Assembly (NCBI GenBank): GCA_037447605.1
Contig: CM074816.1
Span: 511,873-575,872, forward strand
Source: Zygnema circumcarinatum SAG 698-1b
Taxonomy: Eukaryota; Plantae; Zygnematophyceae
Length of the DNA: 64,000 bases
Reading direction: 5' to 3'
The position numbers were made by a program, and so were the translations under genes. Shown here one piece after another: positions 34,833-48,790 of this stretch. Position 1 is the stretch's first letter. Every line of letters begins with the position of its first letter. The notes beneath the pieces are model-generated. The model worked only from the letters and a program-made list of their open reading frames with translations. It was not told where the DNA came from and did no database searches.

Positions 34833-37101
34833 GGCTTCTCTCTCTCCTCTCCCTCTCCCACTCCCTCTCCCACTCCTGCAGAGGCTGGGCCGTACAAGTG
34901 GCTGTCCGTACGGTACCCTAGGGAGCGTCCCGTCAAGCCGTACGGACGGAGGTTTTGTCCCCAATGGCGGCCCGGGGGGGGCGGAGGGGGCGCCGGGGTT
35001 CAGCGCCGCCTTTGACGTGGGAACCAGTCAGCACGCACCACGTAGGGCCGGAAAAGCGGCGCCGCCGCGCTTCGTTAGGCGGCGCCTCTGCTTTCATTGG
35101 AACACGTGGCGGTCACGGAGGAATCAAAAGGCTATGCGCACACCTCCCACGTGTCGGTGCTCCCGTTACCGATCTTCCCTTAAGTGTGCTAGACGACAAA
35201 AATCAGAGGAGTCAGAGCCGACACTCGACAGGTCCGAAAACGACACGTGTTGAAGCGACAAGCCGCAAGTGCACGTATTTGTCGTTATTGTGACAATGTT
35301 TCGCCAGTGGTGCCACGTAGATAGATATTTGTCGTTTAGCGTTTTACCGTACGACATCACGTAGGCATTTGTACGAGACTGTATGTGAAGTGACCGCAAC
35401 GGAATCTCGCCGGATTCCGCAACGGGGTCTGCAGCGAGGTCAATGGGCCACGTGTCCGAAACTGCTCCAGTGAAATGTATGCATGCATGCATGGGGGTTG
35501 TCGTGTTGCTCCCGTCGTCAGGAATCATATCGAGATAAATCGTTAATGGTCGACATTATACACGACGATGTATCGTTCTCGCTATTGATATTTACGATAT
35601 CGTATTTGGGTATTTATTTTTATAATTTTGGGGAATTATGATCGTGGTTAGGGCATCCGGCAGCCGTGGACCGTTGGATTACTTTGGGCAGGAGTGCTCC
35701 AGGACATGCCACGTGTCCTGTAAAACGTGCGACCGCGGAGCTCTTTGTCAGCTGGCTTTCGCCAACAACTGTTTTTTGGGCTTTCACATGGATCGCCGCC
35801 ACGTGTCTCGTCGCTGAAATTTAACCGTTGAGCCGCGTGCGAGTTGTGTCACTTGTCCCCGAGCCCGTGTTCTATGTCAGTTGCCCCGTCACAGCAAAAC
35901 CAACGCGCCGTTGAACAGCCCAACAGGGCACGCCTCTGAACACCGGGGGGGGGGGCTGAAGGGGCTGTGCATCTCGAAGCGATGGGCGGACTGTCAGAGG
36001 GAGGCAAGCAAACCAAGGTCGAGGTCAGCAGAAAGAATCAATGGCGAGGGGACCAAAGTCGTCAGCAGAATTACAGCGAGCAGCAAAAGTGTGCACGCTC
36101 CTCACGACCAGCATCATCGCGGGAGCAGCAAAGCCCTCATGATGCCCAAAGCGAGACAAATTTGACGACACAAGTCGGATTTGCCAACACAGTCAGCCCC
36201 AAAAGAGCACCATCCATCAGAGCAAATTGAGGTGAACCCCACCTCTCCATGGGGGGTGGGCCGAGGGGGCACCACGATTCAAAATTCATTGTATGCGAAA
36301 ACCCGTTTACTGCACCCCCGACGAGAGGCTGGGTCCTTCAGCGCACAGCGAAGGGGGAAACAATAAGATTCGCGGAAGGTACGAAAGGCCAAGTTTTGTG
36401 ACCAATTGGCAACAAACGCTTGTTCTCCTCGCTTCCTCCGATTGATTGGGCGAGTTTTTCCGACAATCTCGAGTTCCTCGGATGGCATTGATGTCATGAC
36501 CACATGTAGAAATGGGCAACCCCGTGAAAAAAGAAACAAGTGACTCACAGATTAAAAAAAAAGAAGGCAACGCGCCGAACGCGACAACTAGGCCCAAGAA
36601 ACACAACGGCCCTAAGAAGCAGCAGCAGAAGGCGAAGGTCCACGTTGCAATTTCCGAGCAGTTGCAGCATGCACCCATCCAGCCACCCTACAGCCAAGCC
36701 CACCCTCCACATGCAGCCATGCCATTACTTCCGTGTTAAAGCACTCTTTGTCGGAATACATGCATCTGCATGTGTGCCGGATTCCTTTCCATGCATCCAT
36801 TCCATTGCTGCTTGAGGCCATACGGCCTTGCTTATCCGGCTTCGACCCAACCCGCTCTTTCCCTCCGAGGCAATAACAAAAGACTGAAGCCACTGTAAAA
36901 GAGTTCAAGGAGCTTGCATAGCGAATATGTTGGAGGAGGGGGGTGAAGGGGGGTGTGCCCTTTGCATCTTCACCTCCCTTCATCTTCATCTTCATTTTCA
37001 TTTTGCTTCAAGGAGTCGCTAATGGTCTACCCGCCTGAACGGCTTCAGGCGTTCCAAAGAATCACATGCAGCCCTTGCCTCTCTATGTCTGTTTCCCAGT
37101 G

Positions 37102-37973
37102 TCAAGTTGAACAGATTCCGTTGAACCCCATATAGAGGCCGCTCTTCCAGTCCGTGTAAACCTTAGCCGACCCCCCGATGAGGATTACCACAGCGCTCAG
37201 TCCCATAAATGATGCAAGAACAAACACGAGAATGGAAGCCTTTCCAGACCTCTGCACCACTGCACGGATAATGGAGAGCCCTGTGAAGGACGCTACCACG
37301 GCAACGGATCCGAAGTACAAAGCCACCTTGATGGGAATGCGGTCAAGGAGGTAGAACTCGATCACAGACATGGAGGACGAGAAGAGGATCATGAACGAGC
37401 AGGTTGCTGCAGACACCTGCAGGCCAACCAAGTAAATGCATGAGCAGCTGAAGTGATGAAGTCATCAGCAATCCATGCTAACAGGAGTGTCATTCTGAAG
37501 CACTGCAGCCGTAGCCGGCATGCAAATCGTCCTTCGCTTTAATTTAAAAAAGTGATTCTCGGCTGAAGACATAGCCATCTTTTGTGTGCAAACCCCATTC
37601 ACCCTTTCAAGGCATATATCTTTACCTGAGGATGGAGGCCCAGCTCTAAGAGTACGGGCCCCATAACAATTGCTCCTCCAATCCCCAAAAGCCCTCCTGT
37701 AATACCGGCAAGTAGCGAATACAGCGGAGCCGTTGCGACCACGAGCAGCCCCCACTGTGTCTCCCCGTGATCGTAGTTTCCAATTGAAGACTGGCCACTA
37801 AGCCGCTCATTATGCACTGCTAGCAAGCGTGCTGCCCCCCAGGATGAGGCTGCAACAGAGACAGGCACCTGCAGAGAGGTCCAACTACGTGTGAGTGGAG
37901 ACTCTCTTGTTTACAACAACACCATGGAGCGGTAGGGGTATGTATGACAGAGCTGTACCGGCTTTCCACGAGC

Positions 37974-38062
<89 letters not shown>

Positions 38063-41000
38063 GCCCGTGTGGAGCTTACCTGCAGTGTATCCATAATCCA
38101 GAAAAGAGCCCCACACACGGGCACTTTTGACCTAATAATCTGCGCCAACAGGTAGATGAGCCACACACCTAAGATGATTGGCACCACATGCCAGTCAACG
38201 AGCTGCCAAAAGGGAGCCTGCATTTCACAGCACAAAGGGGTCCGTTAGAACTCTGCTGCTCACTTTCTCGGAAACAGGGGAGCCCTTCACGAGAAAACAC
38301 GGTTAGTAGTTGCAAGGCCTACTCGAGTGGCTGATTAAGCAAATGGAAACAGTAATTCCATTTGAAGGAAGAGATGCATGAGCTGAGGGTTTTTCGGAGA
38401 TATGCTCAGGGAGAAACTGAAGAATTGGCGGGAGGTGACAGCAGAGGAGAGGAGGACGCGGAGGGAGAGGGAGAGGAAGGGATCGGAGATGGCGGGTGCA
38501 GCAGAGTGTGGGGAGGAATGGAAAGACGCGAGGGTTCAGTGGGAAGGAGTACGGAGGGGGGGGAGAGACCACGAGAGGCGAGCAAGAGAGGGAAAAAGGA
38601 AAAAACAAACGGAAGAGATCAAGAATGAGGTAGGTATTAAAGTAATAAAATCCGCGGGATACAGCGATTTCAAATCTTTTTTTGAGGGTACAATCAAGCA
38701 TCCATACACATGCCATATTCTCATCATGCCAAAAATGTATCTACATCGAATATGGAATTTAGATCGTATCGAATTGACGGTTCTAGGTCGCTAAAATTGA
38801 CGAGTTCACAGTGAAGCATAATAGAAAAAGTCATAGAAACATAAAATGGCCTGCAAGGAGAAACAAATTAATGGAACACGAAGACAAAATGCAGAGGGAG
38901 AAAAGCCGTGAGAGGGAACAGAGATTAGGAGAGAAAACTAACCCTAGCAGGCTTGGCAGGGAGTGCAGAAGGTCGCCCAAGAAGTGGTTCTTGCAGATTA
39001 CTCGCAGCACCATTGCTTTGAGATCGTTCTTCCTCCACACTCACTACAGCTCCCGCGACATCGGATTGGGCCCCACCTTCTGCAGGCCCAAAAAAGGAAA
39101 ATATTTTTTTGAGCTACATTTGATTTGGCAAGTGACAAAACTATACCTGGCAACTGCAAACAAAACTACATTCATGAATTCCCTGGAAATTGTCGAACAG
39201 GCCGCATTTTCGAACACTCGCTGTATGATAGGGCGGAGAGAGAAGGGCACAAGACCTGGAACATGTTCTATGTCCGCTGTCTGCCTTATGGAACTTTCAG
39301 TGATTTCTTTCGCCTGCTATTCCCCCTCACATTCACGGAAACGTCAGAAAGAACCCTAAGTGAACTTCCTCCAATCTTCAGACCAACACCACCATTAACG
39401 CAGTTTCCTTAAGGTTGAACTTTACAAGACTCCGTAAAGGGCCAAAAAGGTCAGTCTGTTCTTGGCCCCCTATTCTTTCAGAACAAACCACCCCCCAGCC
39501 AAGCAGGACCTTTGGCAAAAAGAAGCACTCGCCTTCGCGTGGTGAGCCTCCTGCTTCCACGAGCTGATGCCCTTCTTTACGGTCCTATTAGTCATGACTG
39601 CAGGCCAATACTCCCGTCCCACATATACTTCAATCTGCAACTCCAAAACGCTCATGAAGCAGCCTCCTGCACTGTTGCTGAAAGTGGGGTGGGAGAGGAG
39701 GATGTGGGATGCTGGAGAGGAGGGTGTGAGAGAGGAGGTTGGGAGAGGAGGGTGTGGGAGAGGGGGTTGGGAGAGGAGGGTGTGAAAGAGGGGGTTGGGA
39801 GAGGAGGGTGTGGGAGAAGGGGTTGGGAGAGGAGGGTGTGAGAGAGGGGGTTAGGAGAGGAGGGTGTGAGAGAGGGGGTTGGGAGAGGAGGGTGTGAGAG
39901 GAGCCTACGAAAGAGCAGCAACACGAGCAGCAGCTTAATGAGCCAACTGGGGAACATCACGTTGCAGGTGACCCCTATGCTGATGCCAAGCAGTAGAGTG
40001 GGCTGCAAGAGGACCGCGATGCCTGCATCGAGAGCAGTAATATATGTTAGGGTTGAGTTTGCTTTAGGGAAGAGATTTTCTAGATTGGTTCTCCTTTTAC
40101 GGCGGATTACGATTACGATTATTAGTGAGGAAAACGTAACTGCCCTCGGATTTCATGTTCCCAACATTCCACCAATCCGAAAAGAGAGTCAACTCACCGT
40201 AATCAATCAATGCCCTATTTTGAGTCGGGTGCTTCAGTTGCACGTTAAATGTGATGCTTGCTAGTGCTCCTCCAAAAACCATAGCTGTCCAAAAATGCCA
40301 ATAACACAAACTTCAGCCTTAACTTCAGGCAACGACAGGGCATAGTTTCCAAATCATGAATGCTCCCGCATCATACCTTAACAGAGGAAAGAAAATATAC
40401 CACTGATCTGCCAAACTTATAGAATTCAATTTTTTGAGGCCCACCTTTAGAGAGGGCAGTTGAAGTCTTTGCGTCATAGCCTGATCCACACCTCAAGCAA
40501 AGAAATGACTTCAAAAAAAACGGGAGTGGAAAATCAGAAGCAGAGCGGGAGGGGGTGGTGAGTTGTAAATTACGCCAGCCCAAACCCTCAGGACTAATCT
40601 GAGAAGAGCTTCCAGATCTAAGCCAGATGGCCAGATCCAAGCTCGACTAACATTAAATTCTTGACAAATCCGGAACAGAGTTAGAAGAAGGGAGATCGTG
40701 CAAACGCAAGTGTAGCACTAATATATGTACAAGTAGATACGTTCATTGGCCCCCACTTGCTTCAAAGAGCAGATAGTGGCCCTCAAGATCAAGACACCTC
40801 AAGTCCGACTTCCACAAAAGAGAGCCCAGCAAACAGCATTTGCAGTGGCTGAATCGGACTTCATAATTTACAAGAAAGCAGTCAAAATTCTAGCACTTTG
40901 TAACTCACCCAGGAGTAGGTTGAACATGGAAACAAATAGAGGGCCTCCTCCTACCCCCCCTGCATTCGCCAAGGCGGCTCCAATGAACCCTATTACTGTG

Positions 41001-41607
41001 GCAATCGCCATCTTCCAAGAGACCTTAAATTCCTGCGCAGGGAAGCCGGCTTCAACCACATGTAAGTGGAGCCGTGCAGCATTCCACGTAAAATTTTGTT
41101 AAACTTTACTGCTACATTGCAGCCTGAGTCGGTCTCCGCATTTTAAGAAAATTTTAGGGTTAACTCCTGTCTACCTTGCCACGGCATCATATCTGTTGAA
41201 GGAAAAGTTATATTGAAGGTTACGTTTGCGAGAGGAGGTGAGATAAGGGACTAGAACGACGAGAAAGAGTAAAGACAGAGAGAGGAACAAAAGAGAAAGC
41301 GGAGATTGAGGAGATTATGCGCGCTGGAGAGAGAGGATACCGGCCACATTCGAGCATCTGCTCCACCTGGACCCGCGCCGATGAACTCCGCCATCCGCTC
41401 CCACCAGAAGAGCCCTTTCTCCGTAGTAGAGCTCCCGCCCATGGATTCCATCTCACCGTAAGCAGATCTCTCCCCTTGCCAGCTCTCTCTATATTCAAGT
41501 GCTGTTGCTGCTCCCCTGCAGAGAGGCAACGACCCCGCTAGCAGCGCCACTACCAGCACGCCCAGCAGGACGGTCGTCGTCCCCCGAACCATTCGGAAAG
41601 CAGCCAT
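37102..41607 (-). CDS. Sulfite exporter TauE/SafE family membrane protein
   Basis: Signal-like N-terminus, then AGGVGGGPLF, GYDAKTSTALSK, QPTLLLGISIGV, GGLLGIGGAIVMGPVLLELGLHPQVSAAT and MGFNGIC. Confidence 0.9.
39690..39902. repeat. 28-bp G-rich minisatellite (about 7-8 copies) in a TauE intron
   Basis: Unit AGGGTGTGRGAGAGGRGGTTGGGAGAGG; unit starts at 39721, 39749 and 39777. Confidence 0.9.
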
Positions 41608-42119
41608 GGCGACGGACTTCAGTGCGCAACAAGTTGCAGTTCACTGCCGCATCTCCCTTATCTGGCGGAGAGAGGGAGAGAGAGGAAAGAGATAGGCAGA
41701 GAGCGAGGGAGAGAGGGAGACAGGGTGGGCGAGGGATAGGGGGAGGATCGTCCGTTTAGGGTTTTCCAATAGTGGATACAGTATTGCCAGTGTGAACGCT
41801 TGGCAGGGCTTCAGACCACACTTGCCACGTGGCACGACAACATCTGCGCCGCCTGTCCAGATGCAGCGCTCGGTGTCGGTGGCGTCCAGGTGCAGCCCCC
41901 CTGTCGCGAGTCCCGACAAAACGGATCTTGGTCCTTGTGAAATGAGAATTTGATTTTCGACCTGCTACGATGTTTTGGCGGCGGGCAGGCTAAAATGTTT
42001 TTTGTGGAGGCTTCGGAAGGAATGTTGGCCCATCGCGTGATCTGAGCCGTTCGTTGTTTTTCGGTCAGGGCCTAAATGTTTGTTGGTTCACGAGAGTCGG
42101 CGCGGAACCTGCCAGCGTC

Positions 42120-42400
42120 AGCGTTACTGTTGGTTCGTTTCATTTCTATGTTCCAGTTACAGTTTGTCAAACTACGCTACAGTTACAGTTTATCTTTCTG
42201 TGTCTGTGTCACAGTTATTGCTAGTCCGTTTCGTGTCTATGTCGAAGTTACAGTTTGTAGAACTGTGTCTGTATCACAATTACTGATAATTCGTACTGTG
42301 TCTACGTCATAGTTACAGTACAGTACTGCTATTTCGTACCATGTTTATGTCACAGTTGCTGTTAGTTCGGACTGTGTCTGCGTTAGAACTGTACTGCAAT
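42120..42400. repeat. Degenerate GTTACAGT/TCACAGTT-rich repeat patch in an intergenic spacer
   Basis: Recurrent GTTACAGTT, TCACAGTT and ACTGTGTCT motifs without a fixed period. Confidence 0.45.
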
Positions 42401-42919
42401 CCCTGGTACATGGACACCCAGGGCTGGGTTCCTGTGGTTTCCTAACATCATAACAAAAACTTGTTACAGTCACACTTATAGTTACGTCGGGTGTAAAACA
42501 ACAACATTGCAACATGGCAATGTTTGGTTGCAACAAGCTCGACCTACACCTTCTTAGAAAAAACAACAAATTCGTAATAATCGCCAAGGACGCTCCAAAT
42601 CGGGAGCCTTACACCGTTCAATATTTTGCTTTAGGAGCGAGCCCACTTTCTTTTCTAGCTTTGCTAAGGCTCTGTCCATTTATACATACAAGTAGCTGCT
42701 GCCCACTGCCAATGACAAGGGCTGCTCTGCTCCCCCGAAGGCAGCACCAGCCCGCCCCTCCCTCCCTCCCTCCCTCCCTCCCTCCCTCGCTCCCTCGCTC
42801 CCTCGCTCCCTCCCCTCCCTCCCTCCCTCCCTCCCTTCCTCCCTCCCTCCCTCCTGCACAGCGATGAAGCCACAGTACTGTAGCAACCATTCGATGAGTC
42901 TGTCTGTGTTCTCTACGGA

Positions 42920-45900
42920 CTACCCGCGGAGGATGTCCTCTCGAGCGAGCCAGCCATTCCTCACGCTCTCCTCAAAGCTCCACTGCGCCCACCCCTCCCG
43001 GCCCATCCGGAGGGCCCAAAAGAACCACCCCGCCTGCGCCCTGCCATACACCCGCAGCTGCTCGTGCCCAAAGTTCTTGATGTCGCCATTGCCAACAATG
43101 GCTTTCGGGTTCAGAGCAAGCGACCACTCGCCCACAAGGACCGTTCTGCCAACGGCCTGCAGGTCATCGATCTGAGCCAGCTTCACGCGGCCCACGTAAT
43201 CTATGCAGTCCAACGCGGGCCGTTCCTCAAAATTAGGGTTAAAGGCCAGGAAGGAATGGATCTCCATAAGCACATTGGTGAATTCCAGTTCCGGCATGAA
43301 GTTTTTCAGGTCGTTAATGACTCCCTTGTAGCGCGGAGCAATGGCGACATACGCGCACGGCGAGTGCTTTCTGATGGTCTTATAGCCAGCCAGGTAGTAT
43401 GCTTTCAAATCCTCCAATTCGACCTTGTCCACAAGATTCTCGCTCAGCAGGCTGATACCCATGTAGTTTGGCCTCCCGGAATACCTGCAAAAGCCGTCAC
43501 ACCACCAGCCATATCACAGTTCATTCTTTCTTTCTTACCCTACACACTACACGAGAGCTCGAACAGAATATAGCAACGATTGTGAAGTTGAAAGTGAAGA
43601 ATGAATGAAGAATGAGGGTAGAACTCACCGGAGTGCTATCCAATCGACAGCCTCCAACAAGCGGTGCACGGGGTCCTGCAGAAAAGCTGCTGCTGCTTCC
43701 GCTTGAAAGAACTTCACATCCGGGCCACCATGCAGAGCTAACAGCACGCGAATCCCGAACTCCGCTGCAAGGTCAAATGCACGGTCCAAATACCCAATAT
43801 GATTCTGCAAGAACTCCCACTCTCCCACTGTTCTCCCATCGTCCGCGAGCCACCATCCGACCGGAATGCGGACTGCATTCACACCATTGCTCTTCATGAA
43901 ACGGAAATCTGCACGAGTCACAAAGCTCTTGTAGTGCTTCTGGAGACGGTCCTGTGCAGCCGCTACGCCGAGCTTCTTCATGAGATGCCATTCAGGACGG
44001 AGGGGGGGGTCGGCTTCCTCCTGCTTCGCATCCACTCCCTCCATCAACTCCGGGGTCATCCATGGCTCCACTACGAGCCAACCACCGAGGTTTACTCCAC
44101 GGAAGGCTTCCACCTCCATCACCTCCCTCACATAGAAGCTGCAGAGTAGGTTCTCTGCGGATGGTCAGCCCCTGGAAACCCTAAAAATTACCATCAAATC
44201 CTGCAAATCCTCTAGATTCTGAAAGGTCATGCATGTCACTTGGCTAGCCCCGTATTAAGAACTTAGGAAAGTGTTCATTTGAGCCCAAGCACTCACAAGC
44301 TCTACATTCTACTTTTCCTGACTCTCTAAGACCTTCATCTCGGAAAGGTTGGTGGCTCACCGCTCCCATGTGGATGAAGACTTTGCGTAGTGCTTCAGAA
44401 AGCCCTCGTTTGTGCAGGTCACAAAGTGTCCATCTGCTGCTCCTACGAGATTTACTTGATGCGGCTTCCCATTCTCCACCTGCCCCATAGAGAGAGAGTT
44501 TTTAGGGTTCAGAGATGCCAAGGGAGCGTTGTGTGGCCATCCATCGTCCTGCCCGAGCTAAAACCTATGACCACATTATGGTCAAGCAAACTTTTTTTTT
44601 CCCACAAACAACAGCATTTTGTGTTTGTAGAACGGTATGCTAAATGGCTGCTAGTTTCCCCTGAAGTGTGGGAAGCAGCTCGTGGTTTCTAAACTAGGCT
44701 GAGTAGTGGAGTGCTGGCAAACACTTTGTATGCGGACTATGCTGAGCTCAATATCTACTGGTAGATATTGAGCGCTGTTCGGTGTACTCATCCAAATTTA
44801 CTGAAATTTTCCCAACTTGCTGCAGAGGCCCAGTTTCAATAAGGTGAAATATATTCCACAAATTAACAAGTTTCTCGTCTCTTCTCTTCAAAGTCAGCCC
44901 TTGGCTTATATGGTAGTGCATATTTCAAAAATAAAAAAACTCGACTTCATCCGATTCTCCAAATTGCGTAATCTTATCCGATTGCACACTGAATTAGCAA
45001 GTATTGAAAGCATAGCAAAATTGACAGCAGAAGAAGGCAAAGTCCGAGAGCTGGACGGTGAGAAAGGAGAAAGGAAAACCACAAAAGAACCGAAAACTGA
45101 CGACGTAAAACCAATTAGAAATGAACCCTCTGACTGACAGTCAAACCTCGCCTATCCGTATCCAAATCCCTTCCTCACCTAACCCTAACCCCCCCCTACA
45201 GAACAATAAAGCCCCCTCCCGACCCTCACCTGCACAACAGTAAACGCCGTATCTTGCATGGAGCTCTCCCCATTGGCGGACAGAAGCTCGCTTCCTTCCT
45301 TGGCCGCGAGGTACTTGCCAGCTGGGGTGCGTAAGCGCACAGCGGTAGGGCTTACCCGCACAACTGTGAAGGCGAGAGAGGCGGGTGGAGGCACAGTCCA
45401 GTTGCAGACTACCGCCGACCAATCGGGCGAGCCGTCGCTCCGCCGAGCTGGGCCCCACCACGTGCCGTGGTGAGTTGACAGCTGGACCTGTCGCCAGCTC
45501 AGCATGCCATGTCAGACGCTGGCCTGAGCCCCCCGAGCCGCCATGGGGGTCACGGAAGCTTCAAGGGTTCAGGAGGCATGCAAAACTTTGAAGCAGGATC
45601 TTACTTTGAAAGCCCTGACCTTAGCAACAGGTTTTGGTCCGACACTAGCTATGACGCAAGCTTGAAGTTGCTAACTCAAACTACCGAGCTCTAAAACTGA
45701 CCTAACTATAATCCTAACCCTAACTCTACGCTTGACCAGAGAGAAGGCATTCAGGAAGCCTCACTGTGGATCCCGGATACATGGCGCTCGACCACCATGC
45801 GGATGTCATGCTTGGATGGCCGCTGGGGACCTTCTGGGCGCGCACCGAGCAGCACATTCCCTCACATTGTGAACCGCCCCCATACTCCACCACCTTCTCC

Positions 45901-46112
45901 ACTCCTCCTCCTCCTGCTGCAGCAGCAGCAGCAGAAGCAGAGGTCGCAGTAGCAGTAGCAGCCTCCCTCTGTTCCTCTGCCACATGCGGGAGAGGAGCAC
46001 TAGGACCGTCCCCCATAAAGTAAATCGCCACCAACACAAAGATTCCAAAGAAGGTGAAAGGACCGCCGTAAGGCCGCAGTTTCACAAGCCATTTGGAGAA
46101 AGGAGGACGCAT
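42920..46112 (-). CDS. Membrane-anchored fascin-like + GH5 (subfamily 14-like) glucanase-like protein
   Basis: N-terminal hydrophobic anchor PFTFFGIFVLVAIYFM; fascin-like repeats (VRLRTPAGKYLAA, STWERFYV); GH5 motifs GVNLGGWLVVEPWMTP, NAVRIPVGWW, YYLAGYKTIRK, VGEWS and QLRVYGRA..GWFFW. Confidence 0.88.
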
Positions 46113-46717
46113 GGCGGCCTACCCTTCTTCCTCCTCCTCCTCCTTCGTCTATTTCTCTAAAGGCTTCTATATTCTGTAAGCCTAAATCAGCCTAAGTCGT
46201 TCTGCATTTGCAGATTTGGCGTAATTTTCGGTCTGCAGGAGCCGGCACTCCCCTGCCTGCCTCCAAAAGGAAGCGCGGCTTATAGCGCCGCGTGCCGCCG
46301 CCTTCAAACGTGCCGTACTAATTTGTCGTCTGCTGAACAACGACCGATACGGCAGTTGAGTAGGTCCAAGGCCGAAGCCAATCATTGAAAGCGGGGTGCG
46401 GTCTAGGTACGGTCTGGGCCTAGGCACCGTCCGGTAGCATTACGGGCACCCCTCATGTTCGGACCTAGAGCAAACATGACCATTCATGCATGAACAATAT
46501 AATATTGTACATTCTACATCGAGACATTGATGTCTAGAACAATGTTCACGCTAGAACTTAGTACCACAAGAGGAAATAGGATGTGGCATTGATCTCACGA
46601 TGGCGATGCCATCAAATGTACATGGATAAAATAAGCATGGGAAACCAATACCAACAACACCTTAAAAGAGGCTACAGTATAGATCAAGGAGCGGAGCGTG
46701 GAAGCAGGCAGATTCCA

Positions 46718-47759
46718 GTTCAGGACAGTAAGTAGTAGTACGATATCGGCGGATCGCCTTCGTATCGATCGGGTCTGGCCGGCAGACGGTCCACGCGACG
46801 GCTGGCCGGCCGGCTGTGTACGGCATTGGCTGGTGGAAGTACGGTACGGTACCTTTTGACGTGACGCACGGTGAGATCAATGCCACATCGGATATCATTG
46901 AAAGTTCATCAGTGTCTATAATCCGGCTAATCAAGATTCAGCACGTGTTATGTTGCTGACGTGGTACGTTTCAAGTGGTCCACGTAGACATAACGACTCC
47001 ATACCGGCGGCAGTGGTTGGCGGGCGGTCGGTCGGTCGGTCGTACCTTTAGACGTCCTGAGCGGTCCACCTGCCCTCGGCCGGAAAGCGGAGGGAAGGGA
47101 CGCGGCCGACCGTACCGTGCCGGATCCAGGACGACTGTGTACGAACCCAAGGATAACGACCAGGCCTCTACAAATAAGGGAATTCCCTTAACAACCTGTA
47201 TTTTAAGGGATTTTTTTTTGAAAATGTTATGGTAGTTTAAGGGATGTGCTGCAAAACACCTCAAAATACTCAAAGGAAAAAATCACGATCCCATAGATAT
47301 CATGACATACTCTCCCCATTTTTTCCGCAAAAATGTGTACGGTATCGTACGGTATGGGTGGAGCGGTTGGAGCCGCACTGGGTCGTTTGGCGATGGGGTG
47401 GGGAGGGTCCCCTGCCGTACGGTAGGGCCGTACAGTTGGGCCGCGGTAACTATGGCGCGAGATCGCGGTGCAAGGGAACCTGAGTCGGAGGCGTCAGCAA
47501 TCTTGTCCTAGCCAATTCGACTTGCGTCAGCAATGTTGTTTTAGCCAATCAGGAGGCAAACCTATATTTGCCCACCAGGAGGGACAAACCGTACGGCTCG
47601 TGGCGACGAGTCGGGCAGTCTTCGGTTCAGGACAGTAAGTAATAATACTATATCGGCGAATCGCCGGCGTATCGCCAGCGTATCGGATCTCAGCGACAGA
47701 CGGTCCACGCGCCGGCCGGCCGCGATTGTGTACGGCACTGGCCGCGGACGTACGGTACC
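46718..47759. repeat. Two diverged direct repeats of about 135 bp (46718-46853 and 47625-47759)
   Basis: Shared GTTCAGGACAGTAAGTA...ATATCGGCG.ATCGCC...CAGACGGTCCACGCG...GGCCGGCC...TGTGTACGGCA.TGG...GTACGGTACC. Confidence 0.75.
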
Positions 47760-48619
47760 AACCGGCACGAGAAGGCAGCAGGCGCCGGCACCGGCAAGTT
47801 ATAACTCCCATACGACAAGATTGGCTGGCCGACCTACCACTGCCGTACCCGACACGTGGTTGGTGACGCCGTGGATTTTCATGGTCCTTCGGGAACGGTT
47901 GGCTTCCCGTGGTTTGTTGTCCAATGTTGTTGTTGTTGTTGTTGTTGTTGCCGTGTGCCATGCATACATAGCGAGACCGTGCCGGGTGTGGGCCACCTCA
48001 CAACTATTTGGCTGGGTAAGTGAAGCTTAGGAAAGCCAGAGGGTTAGGACAAATGACCTGAAATTGTAGTATTTGTTATTCTAGTAAATACAGAATTTAC
48101 AGAATTAAACATCTCCAGATTTCATGCAACCGGACGACTCTATGGAGTCGAAACCTGAGGCTGTGGGATTCTCAACTTACAATCGGATTCTGACGTTCTT
48201 CAACCTCCAACACTTGAACATTTTGCAACCTTTTACCTCAGCATCCAACCTTTACGGGCTGAGCGTGGTCGAAAGGCCAAAAGAGCGCACTTGAGGGTCT
48301 GCCGCTGCAGGAAATAAGTCCGCCATTTGGGGTCGACGTGACATCCATGCCATGCATGCATGCCGGACTGACAGCACAGAAGTCAACGGCAGGTCGCCGA
48401 ATGATTAGGCGTTGGTGCCCTGTGCCACGTGGCAACATGCGGGTTGCAGTGTTGTTGCGCCTCATGCTCGTCCTTGACGTTTTTCTTCCCCAGATTGTTT
48501 CAATTTTTTCACCTCAAAATTTCGCTAACATACAAACGTGTTAGCCGATTGAAGAATTTAAAAAATAAAAATAGAAAAGCCGTGTAAACACACCGACACT
48601 CGCAACACTACTCAGATCG

Positions 48620-48790
48620 AGCCATTGGCATTCCCTTTTGCAAACAATGGTTGCAATCATTGGCATTGGTTGCAACCACTTCCTATGGTGGATTGAGTCC
48701 ACCAATGAAGGTTGGCTACCATTGCCCATTGGTAATCTACGTTTGCAACCATTGGTATTTCAACCATCACTATTGCCAACGGTTGGCTGG
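48620..48790. repeat. CAACCATTGG/CAATGGTTG repeat cluster, copy 2
   Basis: Same motif family as 17690-17830. Confidence 0.55.
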
